Shown here one piece after another: positions 26,767-38,340 of a DNA stretch of 64,000 nucleotides (its first letter is position 1; the number at the start of each line of letters is the position of its first letter). The DNA comes from Vicugna vicugna. Its lineage: Eukaryota. Made by a program: the position numbers and the translations under genes. Where the stretch lies: contig MU057801.1 of assembly GCA_013265495.1 (NCBI GenBank), positions 1,543,879 through 1,607,878 of the forward strand. Direction: 5' to 3'. The notes under the pieces are model-generated. The model saw only the letters and a program-made list of their open reading frames with translations. It was not told the DNA's origin and searched no databases.

Positions 26767-26906
26767 ACCTCGGACAAGTGACTTGTCCTCCGTGGGTCTC
26801 TGCTGCTGTGTAGAAGACAAGGGTAGTGAGGGTGCTGGCTCCTGGGGTTGTTGGGGGTTAATGATGTGAAGAGCCTGAAAGCAGTCAGAGCTTAATAAAT
26901 GTGAAC
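26767..26906 (+). mobile_element. MIR SINE fragment
   Basis: gacctcggacaagtgactt...ggggttgttgggggttaatga...gcttaataaatgt. Confidence 0.65.
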
Positions 26907-27039
26907 GAGTCCTGTTTGTATAATCCGACCGTTAACCCTACTGTGTTCTAGGTGGGACCGAGGACAGTGGTAACAGCCGGGACTTCGCTCCACCCGAGTC
27001 AGTCCCACAGAAAGCCAAACCAAGCCACGCAGCCCGTTA

Positions 27040-27170
27040 TGGCCTCTCTGTGCATCACTTCCGCCAACATCCCAGGGGTCAAGTCCAGTCACGAGGCCAG
27101 TCCCAACCCTGATGGGGGCAGGAAGACGCTCTGGCCACCAAGTCCCACGGCAGAAGGATGAAAACGGAAC
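27040..27170 (-). mobile_element. MaLR fragment (MLT1J/K-like)
   Basis: gcatcacttccgccaacatccca...agtcacgaggccagtcccaac. Confidence 0.55.
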
Positions 27171-27429
27171 CACCTGCACAAAGGGTGCCGCCTTCTCTAG
27201 GCCTCACAGCTGCGCCCCGAGGGGTGTGATGCTGGGGAGACGTCACCATCCCCACGAGGGGGTAACTTTCCAGATGAAAAGCAAGAGGCTTGGGGGAAAT
27301 TCCGTGGTTCCCAGCGTCGCAGATGCCGGGCTGGTCCTTGCATCCAGGTTGGTCCCGCTTCACCCGGCTGCTCGGTGGCTCGCACGCTGTGGAGGAGCTG
27401 CGTGCTGAGGCTCTGGCCTCCCTGACCCC

Positions 27430-27830
27430 CGGTTACCGCGAGCCCGCCCGGAGCGCGTCTGCTCCCCGCCCCCCCACGTGGGGGGGCGTCTCGCTGTGAC
27501 GCCGCCTCCTTTCCGGACGGACAGGCCCCTCCGCCGTCCCTGACGCAGCCGCGGGCCGTTGTGGGGCCGTGCCCCGCGGGGCGCCTCGCTTTCCCCCCTG
27601 GGGATGGCGGCAACGCCTCTTCCCCCTCTTCCGCCGCGTGGCGGTTCTCCTGCATTTCGAATAGTGCGGTAAGGGCCGCGGGTTCGGCAGGAGAGCTGCG
27701 GGCTCCGGCAGGGGGTGCCGCGTGCGTTCGCCGCGCGCTGTGAGACGGCGCCCTGGCGGGCGGGAGAGAAGAGTGGCAGCGCCTGCCACCAGCACCCCCG
27801 GAGGACCGGGAGGGGAAGTAAGAGCCAGCT
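27430..27830. promoter_or_regulatory. CpG island
   Basis: dense CpG/GC over ~400 bp directly upstream of the solo LTR. Confidence 0.7.
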
Positions 27831-27937
27831 AGCGGCTTACTCAGATCTGAAGTCCCCAGGCCAGGACCACACCTAGTACCGTATCACATCCGACAGATGC
27901 TCTAAAGCAACTGTCTGGCCGGCACGTGATGTGCAGC

Positions 27938-28619
27938 TGTGGGGACGTGGAAGCAAAACGTGGTCCAGTCCCAACGGACATCCACTCTGCTCGCGTGCTC
28001 TGTTCCTAAGCACTCGGTTAATTAGCAGACGGCTCTGCTAACAGCTCAGGGCAGGGGATAGCTTCCTCATGAGGCGGGAAGCCCCACAAAAAGACCGGCA
28101 GGACCCCTAAGCAGGGCTGCTGCTCTCCTCCCAGCACCGTCCAATTCCCGGACCAGGAAGCTTTATCTCACTTTTTGCCTCTAAAGTGGCTAACTTACTC
28201 CTAAAATTCTATTGGTTCCCTGGGCTCACTTCTGATTGGTTATTTCCTTCACTCCTGATTGGACATTACTCTCACTTCTGATTGGTCCATTTCCCTAACT
28301 TCTGATTGGTCCATTTGTAGTACTTCATTTGCATGGAGCTCACTCCTGATTGGCTATTTCTCTCATTCCTGATTGGTCTATTTCTACAAAGCTTGTTCCT
28401 GGTTGGTCAACTTCTGTTATGCTTTATTTGCATATGATGTTGCAAAGTGTAAAACGGGCAGCCTATAAAAGGCCTGTGTAAAGCTGCAGATTGGGTCCTG
28501 AGCTTTAAATGTTAATTTCTTCGGGCGTGGTGATGTAATAAACTTGAGTTGTCTAGTTCTTCGAGTGCTGCTTGGTCTTTCTCTGGGATTCAGATTGCTG
28601 TCACAGCTGAGCTGTGACA
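27938..28619 (+). mobile_element. solo ERV LTR (probably class I) with intact U3-R-U5 signals
   Basis: 7 ATTGG boxes (28211-28376), ATTTGCAT at 28327 and 28426, TATAAAA 28464-28470, AATAAA 28537-28542, CA end at 28603 or 28619; possible 4-bp TSD cagc (27934-27937 / 28604-28607). The 5' boundary is uncertain. Confidence 0.85.
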
Positions 28620-28859
28620 CTGAGGTTTAACACATTTTTCCACAGCACTCAGAGGAAAGATGCTGTGAGGATGGCTAGGGTGGGTCAGAGGGCTAAATCC
28701 GTGACAACAGAACTGAACGAAAGTGTAACACGTCCTTTTCAGTATGAAGACATGGTCCAGGCACAAGGATATTGGACCTGGTTTGGGAGGAATATGCTTG
28801 CCTCGTTCACACGCCCCCTCTGCTTCTTACGGAGAGCAGCACGGCTTGTTGTTGGAGAG

Positions 28860-29192
28860 TGTTTTTGAGCCTTCTGGAGTGCAGGCTGACATGTGAGGTT
28901 GGTGAAACCCCCAGGAGTGACTCAAAGCTGATCTCAGATGGCCACGGGTGGATCAGAGCCACGGTTCACTCGTCGCTCAGTGGGACATGCGTGTTCTGTG
29001 TTGTCTCCTGGAGGATCCCTGGGCTGAGCCCCAGCTGCCCCCCACCCCGACCCTGGGGCATTCACCACCCTCACTTACCCACTTACATCCCTCCTTGTCT
29101 CAGCTCTCTTGTCCCCCATTCTGCTTGGGGTCACCTCCCCGAAAAGCCTCTTCTCTCGAGGTCTGCTTCTGGGGACTTGTAGCCTGAAGACA
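28860..29192 (+). mobile_element. ERVL LTR fragment (LTR16A-like)
   Basis: gggctgagccccagctgccc...ggggtcacctcccc...aggtctgcttctgggga...ctgaagaca terminus. Confidence 0.65.
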
Positions 29193-29517
29193 GTCTTCAA
29201 AAATCTACATAAACCTTCCTCCCACAAGCTCGGGGAAAGGGCCTCAAACACGTGAAGTCAGACAGCACTCTTGACAGCGGTGCCGCAGAGCAGAGGTAGG
29301 GGAGGCCTCAGAGCGAGGCGGGCAGGGAGGGGGGACAGAGGAAGGTGGGGAGGGCCAGCCAGGAGGCACGGAGACCCTCTGAGATTTAAGGGGACGGGCT
29401 GTTGACAGACGGAAAATAGGTCTGGGGACACTTAAATTTATTTTCAGGCAAACGGCTCTGCACAAACCCGAAGCTCCCCAAACAGATCCTAAGAAAACCT
29501 TCCAGAAGTCTTGAAAA

Positions 29518-29670
29518 TCTGGTGACCATATTTTCCAAATCAAAAATTGGGAAGCTGTCTGCCAAAGAATATTTTGTTTATGATTTGTGAATATATCTGC
29601 ATGGAAAAAGACAGAGGGGACACTGGGAATTGATCCTGCTCCAGAAAGTCTGGGATTTGCGGTCACCATA
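29518..29670. mobile_element. short hAT (Tip100-like) MITE
   Basis: inverted ends tggtgacc (29520) and ggtcacca (29661); ttttccaaatcaaaaattggga subterminal motif. Confidence 0.6.
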
Positions 29671-30599
29671 CCCAGGGGTCACCTGATTTAGTGTTTCTCA
29701 ACAGACCGTATATGTTGTCACAGGGAGAGGGGAGTCCAGTCAGACGCAGACCTCAGAGAATGACTGAGGTTTTACAAGAGAGCTTATTCACGATGCTCTG
29801 ACTTTATTCCCTTAAATGACACCATAAATGAAATAATTACGTGCTTATCTAAATATAAATGTTTATAACAAAAAAAAAAAGATGCTTTATTTCTAAGGTG
29901 ACGGGGAATCAGACCCTCACTGACAAGGTGCAGGCGATGAAAAGTTTATTCACTAATTTAGCTCCGACTTATTTATGGCTGAGGAACAGACGCCACGCAG
30001 GCGCTAGAGTGCATGCTAAACAGAACAAACCCTTCCTCCTCGTTAGCGTCACAGCGCGGAGACAGGCGCCACGCACGGTAAGTGAAGACATCATCACACG
30101 TTGCACAGGAGCTGAAGAGCATCAGAGGACCTCTGGGAATTTTTTTTTAATGAATGGAGATCTGGGGGCTCCGGAAACATCCAAGATGAAAAGTGAACTG
30201 ACGGTGAGACTGGTGCTTCCTGCTGTGTGTTCTGACTTTCCCAAGAGGCAAGGGTACCTAGCACAGTGCCCGGTACGTGCAGAGTCATCGCAGTGATTCA
30301 TTCCTTTCTTCCGCTCCCAGTTTATGGGTCTCTGATATGGAAGGTCTGGCATAAGATGAATCATCAGTTAGTGACACTACAGTTCCTGTCACTGCGGGAT
30401 CCAGCTCTCATCAGGAAACGGAACCTGGAGGGGCGCCTCTGGGCGCTAACCCTTGGAGGGTGTCTGCTCTAGGGAGCAGAGCTGACTGACAGGTCCGCCC
30501 TCCGCACCCTTAGACCCACTGCCACAAATATACCGAGGTCACACCTTCCCCGCCAACGACTGAGCACAGCCAGGCTGCTGGAAGCAGCCCGACCCTGCC

Positions 30600-30850
30600 C
30601 AGCGCGGGGCTCCGCGTCAGGGAGACCTCGCCTGGTGACCCTCGGCTGCATTAGCTGGGACTGTCCCAGAACTGCAGTCTGCAGCCGGTCTCTCCTTCTT
30701 GCTGCTCTCAGGTTTCAGACACGTTACGGCGTGAGGGTCCCCCCACCTTCTCCTGTGCTCACCCCCCCATGTCTAATTTCACAGGGAATTCTTCATTGAT
30801 CTCCTGCATGTCTCACCTCTTATTCTTTCTTAGAAAACCAGACTGCACAG
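30600..30850 (+). mobile_element. ERVL LTR fragment (LTR41/LTR33-like)
   Basis: ttcacagggaattcttcattgatctcctgcatgtct...ttcttagaaaaccagactgcaca resembles the ERVL LTR 3' end. Confidence 0.45.
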
Positions 30851-30968
30851 AACAGTAAAACACCATCAGCCCAGGAAACATAATTTGGTCAATATGGGTC
30901 CATCCTGGATGCCACTAAAAGCAGTTTTTCAAAATCTCTAAAGCACTTTATTATACAGGATCCTGTGT

Positions 30969-31797
30969 CTTTTTTTTTTTAAATTGAAGTAGAGTTGGTT
31001 TACAATATTGTGTTAATTTCTGGTGTGCAGCATAGTGACTCAGTTATACATAAGTGTATCATTGTCAGATTCTTTTTCATAATAGGCTGTTATGGGATAT
31101 TGAACACAGTTCCCTGTGCTGCACAGTAGGACCTTGGGGTGTTTATCTATTTTATATATATTAATATCTGCAAATACTGAACTCCCAATTTATCCCTCCA
31201 CCCCCTCTTTTATCCCTAGTAACTGTAAGTTTGTTTTCTATGTCTGTGAGTCTGTTTCTGTTTTGTAAATAAATTTATTTGTGTCATTTTTTTAGATTCC
31301 ACATATGAGTGATATCATATATTTTTCTTTCTTTCTGGCTTACTTCACTTAGTATGACATTCTCTAGGTCCATTCATGTTGCTGCAAATGGCATTATCTT
31401 ACTCTTTTTTATAGCTGAGTAATAGTATTCCATAAATATACCACAACTTCTTTATCCAGTCATTTGTCAGTGGACATTTAGGTTGTCTCCATGTCTTGTC
31501 TATTGTATATAGTGCTGCCATGAACATTGGGGTGTGTGTATCTTTTTGAAATAAGGTTCCCTCTGGATATATGCCCAGGAGTGGGATTGCTGGGTCATAG
31601 GGTAAGTCTATTTTCAGTTTTTTAAGGAACCTCCATACTGTCCTCCACAGTGGCTGCATCAAACTACATTCCTACTAACAGTGCAGGAGGGTTCCCTTTT
31701 CTCCACACACTCTCCAGCATCTATTGTGTGTGGATTTTTTGATGGTGGCCATTCTGGCTGGTGTGAGGTGATACCTCACTGTACTTTTGAGTTGCAT
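30969..31797 (-). mobile_element. lineage L1, 5'-truncated (~830 bp)
   Basis: poly-T followed by the artiodactyl-type 3' UTR; minus-strand QPLWRTVWRFLKKLKIDLPYDPAIPLLGIYP is the L1 ORF2 C-terminus. Confidence 0.95.
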
Positions 31798-32174
31798 GTG
31801 GACCCGGGAACACACAACATGACAATGAAGTGGCCTATAAGATTGGCTGTAAGTAGAAGTCTCCCCCAGTTGGGGCCCTGAGGTCACCTATCTAAGCTAT
31901 CCCTACTTGCCAGGGTCAATCAGCAGTGCCCACTCTACAACCACCATGTTGCCGGCATAGCCTCTGTCTCTCTTTTATACCCTGATGAGATACCAACCTG
32001 GTCATTTCTGTGCCTGGTCAAGAGGGTTGGAGACAAAACAGGAGGCAAGCAGCTGGCTGGCCTGGCACAGGAATAGGGTGAGAGGCTCATCCTCTTGCTG
32101 GTTCAGAGGCAGAGAGTTCATCGTGACTCAGCGTGTGTTTATTTTCTGGGCCCTGATGATTATTGTATCCAGCT

Positions 32175-32760
32175 TTGGAATATAAACTTGCCTCGATCCG
32201 ATGGGTGGTGGAGCAGTAGCCATTTTAACTCTTTGGGGTCATGTAAAAGCTTTGTTATTTTCCAAACTGTGCCTCTCTATACTCAGCTCTTGGAAGAATA
32301 TTGATCCTCTAGTTGCTCCTCATACTCATCAACACTTAGAATAGTCTGTCTTTTCCATTTTGGCCGCTCGTTTCAATTAGCCATGTAACCATTCTGGTTG
32401 ATGTCTAGGGCTATCATATTCTGGTTTTAATTTGCATTTACTTGATGACGAATGATGCTGAGAATCTTTTCATGTGCTTATTGGCCATTTGGGGGTCTCT
32501 GTGAAGTGCCAGTGTGAGTCTCCTGACCCTTTCCCATTGGCTTGTCTGACTTTTCCTTGTTGATTTGCAGGCATTGTCCGATGTCTGCACGGCCATCGCC
32601 TCTCCCACTTTGTGGCTTGCCCTTTCCTTCTCATAGTGATATTTTTCAGTGAACAGAAGTTCTTAATTTTAATGTAGTCCAGTATATACATTTTTTCCTT
32701 TGTGCTTACAACTCTTTGTATCCTGTTAAGAAATCCTTGCTTATCTAAAAGTCATAACTC
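32175..32760 (-). mobile_element. old L1M fragment
   Basis: ggttttaatttgcattt...tcatgtgcttattggccattt...gaacagaagttcttaattttaatgtagtcca. Confidence 0.85.
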
Positions 32761-32859
32761 TACATTTATAGGTTGTGTATTTCTCTTTCTTTCAGTTCAA
32801 TAAAACTTTTACATAAGCCAGGCTCACACAGGTTCACATTCTGGCTCCTTATAGAATAT

Positions 32860-33000
32860 ACCCTGGGAAGTAATTCTCATCTCCATTTGGCAGAGAAAAC
32901 TGAGGCCGAGAGAGATTAAGTAACATGTCCATGGTCTCACAGCAGGTGGGTGGGAGATGGGAGTGAATCCAGTCTGGGTGCTTCTGGCCTCCACCCTAGC
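32860..33000 (-). mobile_element. MIR SINE
   Basis: ctccatttggcagagaaaactgaggccgagagagattaagtaacatgtccatggtc. Confidence 0.85.
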
Positions 33001-34135
33001 CTGGGCCCCCCGTCTCTTTACAGTGAGTGCAGGGAAGTCTTCCAGAGCTCTACTGTGCATCTGAGCACGGAGATCAACACATTGGCAGGTGCTGGGTGGA
33101 GCAGATTCGAGGATGACCAGGGCCAGACAAGTAAAAGCTCCCCTGGGACTCTTGCCCACACCCTCCCTAAAGTCTCACTCCTGCCACGAGGACCCGGCTC
33201 ATCACGGAGGACCAGTGAGCAGGTGGCGAACCCGAGGGCTTTGCCAGGGCAGAGTGGTCCGAGAGAGGTCAAAAGTTCAGGGCCAAACTCTGGATGACTT
33301 TTAGTTACAACTGGACTCCATTTGGAAAGTTACTTTTCTTTTCTTCTGAAGTGAAACGCTTGGGGAAAACTGCTAAGTTTGAGTCTAGTGCATTCAAGAA
33401 AGTTTCACTGATCCTTCTCCTCCAACTCTTGTTTATTAATCAAAACATAAGGTCGCTGCAGAATACTAGGATCCTTGGACAGAAGGGTACTGATTCTTCC
33501 GAGGGAAATGCAGTGGTGGGAGTGGGGGGGACGGGCTCGGGGACCAGCAAGGAAAGGGGGAGGGAACAGGAGGAAGCTGGGGATCTGAAGTCAGGCACCG
33601 TGGCGTTGAATGGCTTGTCCCACCGCTTCTGAGAACCAATTGCTGTTAATAACATACTGGAAATTTTCTAAAATGGGTACAGCTCCACTAGCTCCCTGGG
33701 TCCCGGTGAGGATTCAGTTGGGTGAGCCCCAGGACCCATCACGTTCTCCACTGGGTGCTCCACAGACAGCCCTTCGCTGGTTCTCCTTGTTCTCCACATA
33801 TTTCTGTTTCTTTACGACGATGGCCCCTGGCCCCAACCCCGCTGGTCTGGGCCAGCAGGCACAGAACTCAACGTGGAGACAGGTGTCCTACGAATTTGCG
33901 GTCTTCAGCTTCTTGGGAGAATTTGGGATGGGAGGTTGCTTTGCAATCGGGGGCCTGGTGTCTTAGGTGAGTCGCTCCGCGGCCCTGAGGGAGACGTGGA
34001 GCCTGTAAGACAAGGCCGCTTGGTCCTAGTCCTCCCACCGCACAGCCGCTGCAGGAGTAGCACGGAACGGCACACACAGAAGCGCTTGTCGCGGCGGAAC
34101 TCAGGGTCGCGAGCGCGACTTCCTTCTTTCCACAG

Positions 34136-34192
34136 GAGTGCTCACTAGGCATTCTTGCGGAGTGAATGCTTCTAAAAAGACTCTAGCTACAG
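34136..34192 (+). other. candidate 57-nt internal exon of an unidentified gene (coding phase 1-1 or 5' UTR)
   Basis: acceptor cttccttctttccacag|G and consensus donor CAG|gtgagt; one open frame (G)VLTRHSCGVNASKKTLAT(G). Confidence 0.55.
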
Positions 34193-34699
34193 GTGAGTTT
34201 TTTTTAATTGCAAAAAATTTTTAAAAAGTTATTTCACTGCACATTTGGCAAATCATCACACGCTATTATAATGGGTGTGTCTTCCAAAGTAGACGGCAGC
34301 GCTCAGCTGACAGTACGTGGTATGTGTGTGTAAACAGCCAAGGGAAAAGAACAACTGAAATTCTAAAAGATAACCTTCAAAAATTGGGTCACATTTCTTT
34401 AGAGGACTCCCGAAAGCAGAATGGAGAGAAGCAGTTAATTTAATATGTAATTTTGTTCACACAACAGTGCAGATTAATAACTTGGAACATGAATGCAAAC
34501 CAAAAAACCACATCAGAAATTAAAAAAAAAAAAGCAGCCTCAGACTTGCCTGCCCTCTAGGATGCCAGCACGCCGTGGGCTCCAGACCTACACAGAAGAG
34601 TGGGCAGCTTGGTCCAATGCGTTGGGTTTCAGCCACAAAGATGGCTTCATTCGCTGTTCACAGAAGTGCTGCACCGAGGTTCCCACGAGGAGCGGTCCT

Positions 34700-35530
34700 G
34701 CCCACGTGCCGCAGGCACGGGATGTGCTGCCCAGACGCCCCGCGCGGCGGGGGGCGTGGGCACGGAGTCGCCGGCCGTGGGCCCCTGCGGGCGCTGCCCC
34801 AGCCCCGGAGAGCAGCCTGGCCCGAGCTCCCGTGCTTCCCGGAGGGGCTGCCTTGTGACCGCATCAAAGAAGACACTGAACATCTGGCAGCTCCTGCCGA
34901 TGGGTGGTGCCGGGGTCCCCGTCGCGACTGCACGTCCGCTGGACTAGCCCCTCTGCCCGTGCCCACCCTCTCCCCTTTCCTGCCGCAGGTTTTGGTCCCT
35001 GGTAACACTCCGCTTCCCAAGCTCTGCGTTCATCCCCGCTCTCGGAAACCGGCTGCCTCCCCTGCTGCTCCCCCGGAGGGAGGCGGGCGCGCGGCTGTCC
35101 ACGCGGGGGCCGGGCTCAGCGGAACGACGGCAGCCGGCTGTCGGGCCTGTGGGCTTCCACGAGCGCGCGTTCATCTCCGTCGCCCGCGGCTTCCTGCTAG
35201 GACGGCGGCACGGCCCCCCGCGCCCGGGGACGGGCTACGCTGACGGGCAGGAGAGGAGGGCGAGACCGATGCCGCAGCAGCGGCGGAGCCCCACGTGTGT
35301 CCGGCTCGGCCAAGGGAAGCAATGCCGCGCGGGCTCCGGAGCGCGAGTCCGGGATGAAGGTTCGCTCTCCAGCCGCCCGCCGGGCCCGCCTCGTGCTGAA
35401 GGTGAGCGCGGCGTCGCTTCTCCCCAGGCACCGTGGGCCAGGCTGCCGCTACGCAGCCGAGGCCGGGCCGGAAAAGCCGGCCCTTCCCCCCCCCCCCGTG
35501 CTGGGCCCTAGTTCCGTTCTGCTTCTGGGG
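34700..35530. promoter_or_regulatory. CpG island
   Basis: ~800 bp of dense CpG/GC, 0.5 kb downstream of the candidate exon. Confidence 0.8.
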
Positions 35531-37039
35531 GCGGGGCAGCCTCACAGCCAGGGCACTGAAAGCATTGCCTTTGTTGTTTTTGTTGAAAATAAAGGTTCGT
35601 AAGTAAGATTTAAGACACAAACAGAGGGTGTTGGCACAGACACCATTATTTGTCTGTCCAGCAGCCCTGCGCTCCTCCCGTCTTCTTGCTGATGTGACTT
35701 CAGTGTGAGAGGGATGAGCTGGGAGTGTCCTAAACCTCCATCGTCCACTAAGCTGCCGTGAGGGGCCACTGAAATCACTGAGAGGCCAACCAAACTAAAC
35801 GTGCAGCTTTCACGCACACTAGCCGCCTTTCAGGGCTTGACTAACACACGTGGTCAGTGGCTGCCACAGCCAGCGTCCCAGACGGGCTGGTGCGACCCAT
35901 CGTGTACCTTACTTTACTTGGTCTGTGCAAGATTTCCTAGGATGACTGACCGCAGGGCATCTAATTCTGCCCAGTGGCAGGTGAGAGACAGTCTTCTGGG
36001 TGGTGCTGGGAAATACCGCTTTCCTTGAAGAGCCAGATGTGTGGCAAGAGAGCACCCTTTGTTTCTTCTCTCGTTCCTCCCTGCCTGGGAAGCCGTCACG
36101 CGAGGTGAGGCCGTGGGCTCAGGTGCAGGGTGGATGCTGACGTGGGGGGGATGGGTCAGAGTCGAAGACTGGCATCTGGACCCCCCGGCGTCATCTGGAG
36201 CTGAAGTCTCAGTGTCCCCAGGACTGAGGCTTAATTTTTTGGGTTTTCTCTTACTTGCAGCTTAAAACATTCCTCACCGAAGTAAGAAGTTTGGAGAAAA
36301 AAGACCAGAAGAGAAAGAAATGTATTCATAATCCTCCTGGCCCCTCCCCTTCTTCCCTGTGCACACACCTTCACACGCCAAAGATCGTGTGCTGCAACTG
36401 TCTCTGTTATTCTGAAATGTGTTCTTTCCTCTTCACACTGAAGCAACTGTGTTCACTGAAGAAAAACCGAAGAACGTAAGCAAGTGCAGAGAAGGCGAAA
36501 CACCCCATGACTCAGCAGGAGGGAGGCCCAGGCTTAGCAGAGCAAGCCTTATCGTTGCAATTTTCCGTACATTTGATGTGCTTTGTACCCTGACTTTTAA
36601 GAGCCACTAACATGGGAAGTCTGCCATCCTGGGCTGAAGAAGACGGTCCCCCACGTGGCTTAGCTTCCTTATTACCAGGTAAGAGCCTGCCAGGTGTGGG
36701 TGGTAGGGATGCAGAAATCATGGCTCCTTTCCTTCGTGATGAAAATGAACATTGGCCTCTTTATAAAACTCTGTAAAACTGTGATTAAAATCTATCCTCT
36801 AGACTCAGAGCGCTTTGAGGAGTCAGACACAGCTTTGAGTTACTGCAGTCCTGAACGAGGGAGTGTTCTGTTTTCCCTGCTGTGGTTGCCTTACGATTAA
36901 CCTTCCTTCCCCCAGGTTGCTTTCTTATTACAGTTCACATGCTGTATTAAAAACCCTGGAACCAGCAACCCGGCCAGAAGTCACACGGACATGCTCTTCC
37001 CATTTAGAGTTTTCTCAAAAAAAACCAAAAAAACAGCCA

Positions 37040-37152
37040 GGACTATGGCTGTTTTGTCCATCGCTGCAGCCCCAGGGCCTGCCCAGCACAGGGCCTGGGG
37101 CACAGCAGGGACCGGACAGCGACCCCCTGGCGGGCGGGCCCTGAGAATGAAC
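37040..37152 (+). mobile_element. L2 3'-end fragment, GC-shifted
   Basis: ggactatggctgttttgtccatcgctgcagcccc...cagcacagggcctggggcacagcagg. Confidence 0.55.
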
Positions 37153-38066
37153 AGGCACGTCGCCGCTTGATTACGTTGCTTTCGGTGATCGAGGGTGAAT
37201 TTCCTTGATTAAGGATGGGGCTTTGAGGAGGGTTTTCCTAATTTTCTTTAAGACAGTAGAGGAATGACGTAAAAACAAAATCCAACAAACGAAATAATAT
37301 TTGGGGACAATGGTTTGCAAACATTTCTAAACTGCTGTGGGTTGAGGAGACACTTTCATAAAATCTTGGTCAATGTCTGGCGATGTGAGGAAAAGGAAAT
37401 CCTTTTCTTTCAAGTATTTGCTACTAATCTTTCTTCTCTATGGCCTCCTTTCATGGTCAGAAGTCATTTGAATTTTTCTTCATTTTCCTAGCAATAATTC
37501 CTTATTTTGTGCTGTGAATTATGTGAGTAATAGCTCCCGGCTTCGTAGGCGGCACTGTGTTGTTGGCTCTGCGGCTTGGGGTGGGGAGAGGCTGTCCCCA
37601 CATTCCCGCCCTCCTCTGCCGGGGCTCCACTTAGCTGACATCACCCAGGGGTCACGGGGGTGGGGGTGGGGGTGAGGTTTGGAAGAAGCCACTGCCCAGA
37701 AGGCGCAGTGAGGCAGGCCGAATCCTACAGGGACAGCACGGAGCCCACGCCGTTTGAAAAACAATAGCTCAATGTAGGAAACAAAAGAGATGCCATTTTT
37801 GGTTTTTTTGAGTGACTAAAATGCTTCCAACTGTCCTGAGGGCTCCCAAGTCCAAGGGAGCCTTGAATAAAGACACTGGCCTCAGACTGGCCCTGTTGGC
37901 TCGTGTCTGCCCTGGCTGGAGACAGCCCCCCACCTTCCGCCCCCTGATTTTGCTGAGGACGAGAAGCCTCACTTCTGATGTCCTGGGCTGGGATCCTGGG
38001 GAACAGAGCGAGAGGCAGAGCAGAGCCCGCGGAAGGCTTGGGGGAGCGGCCTCGGGGGGCACACCC

Positions 38067-38101
38067 GGCTGGGCGCCGTGAGGCTGGGCGCCGTGAGGCT
38101 G
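38067..38101. repeat. 15-bp tandem duplication
   Basis: ggctgggcgccgtga x2 plus a partial copy. Confidence 0.85.
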
Positions 38102-38340
38102 CGGCCGGGCCCCAGCCCTCCCCCCGGGAGCGGAGCCCAGTGCGAAATGAACACGCGGGGCCTCCGGTTCAAAAAGCAGGAAGAAGGAGCTTTGAGGGCA
38201 CGAGAATATGCAGCGTTTTCTTTCTTCTGTCGTCTCTCCAATTGTCATGGTGATTTTTATTTTCTATTGAAGTAAAGAAAAATAAAAATGAAACCACTGG
38301 CACCAATTTTACTGTATTAAGCACTTTGGTTCTACCTCAT

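Noticed and set aside
31399..31887. ORFs with clear protein similarity
   Set aside because: Frameshifted L1 ORF2 C-terminal remnants, not a host gene
31800..32170. Possible minus-strand LTR fragment (TATAAAA on minus near 31975)
   Set aside because: Could not match termini or a family with confidence
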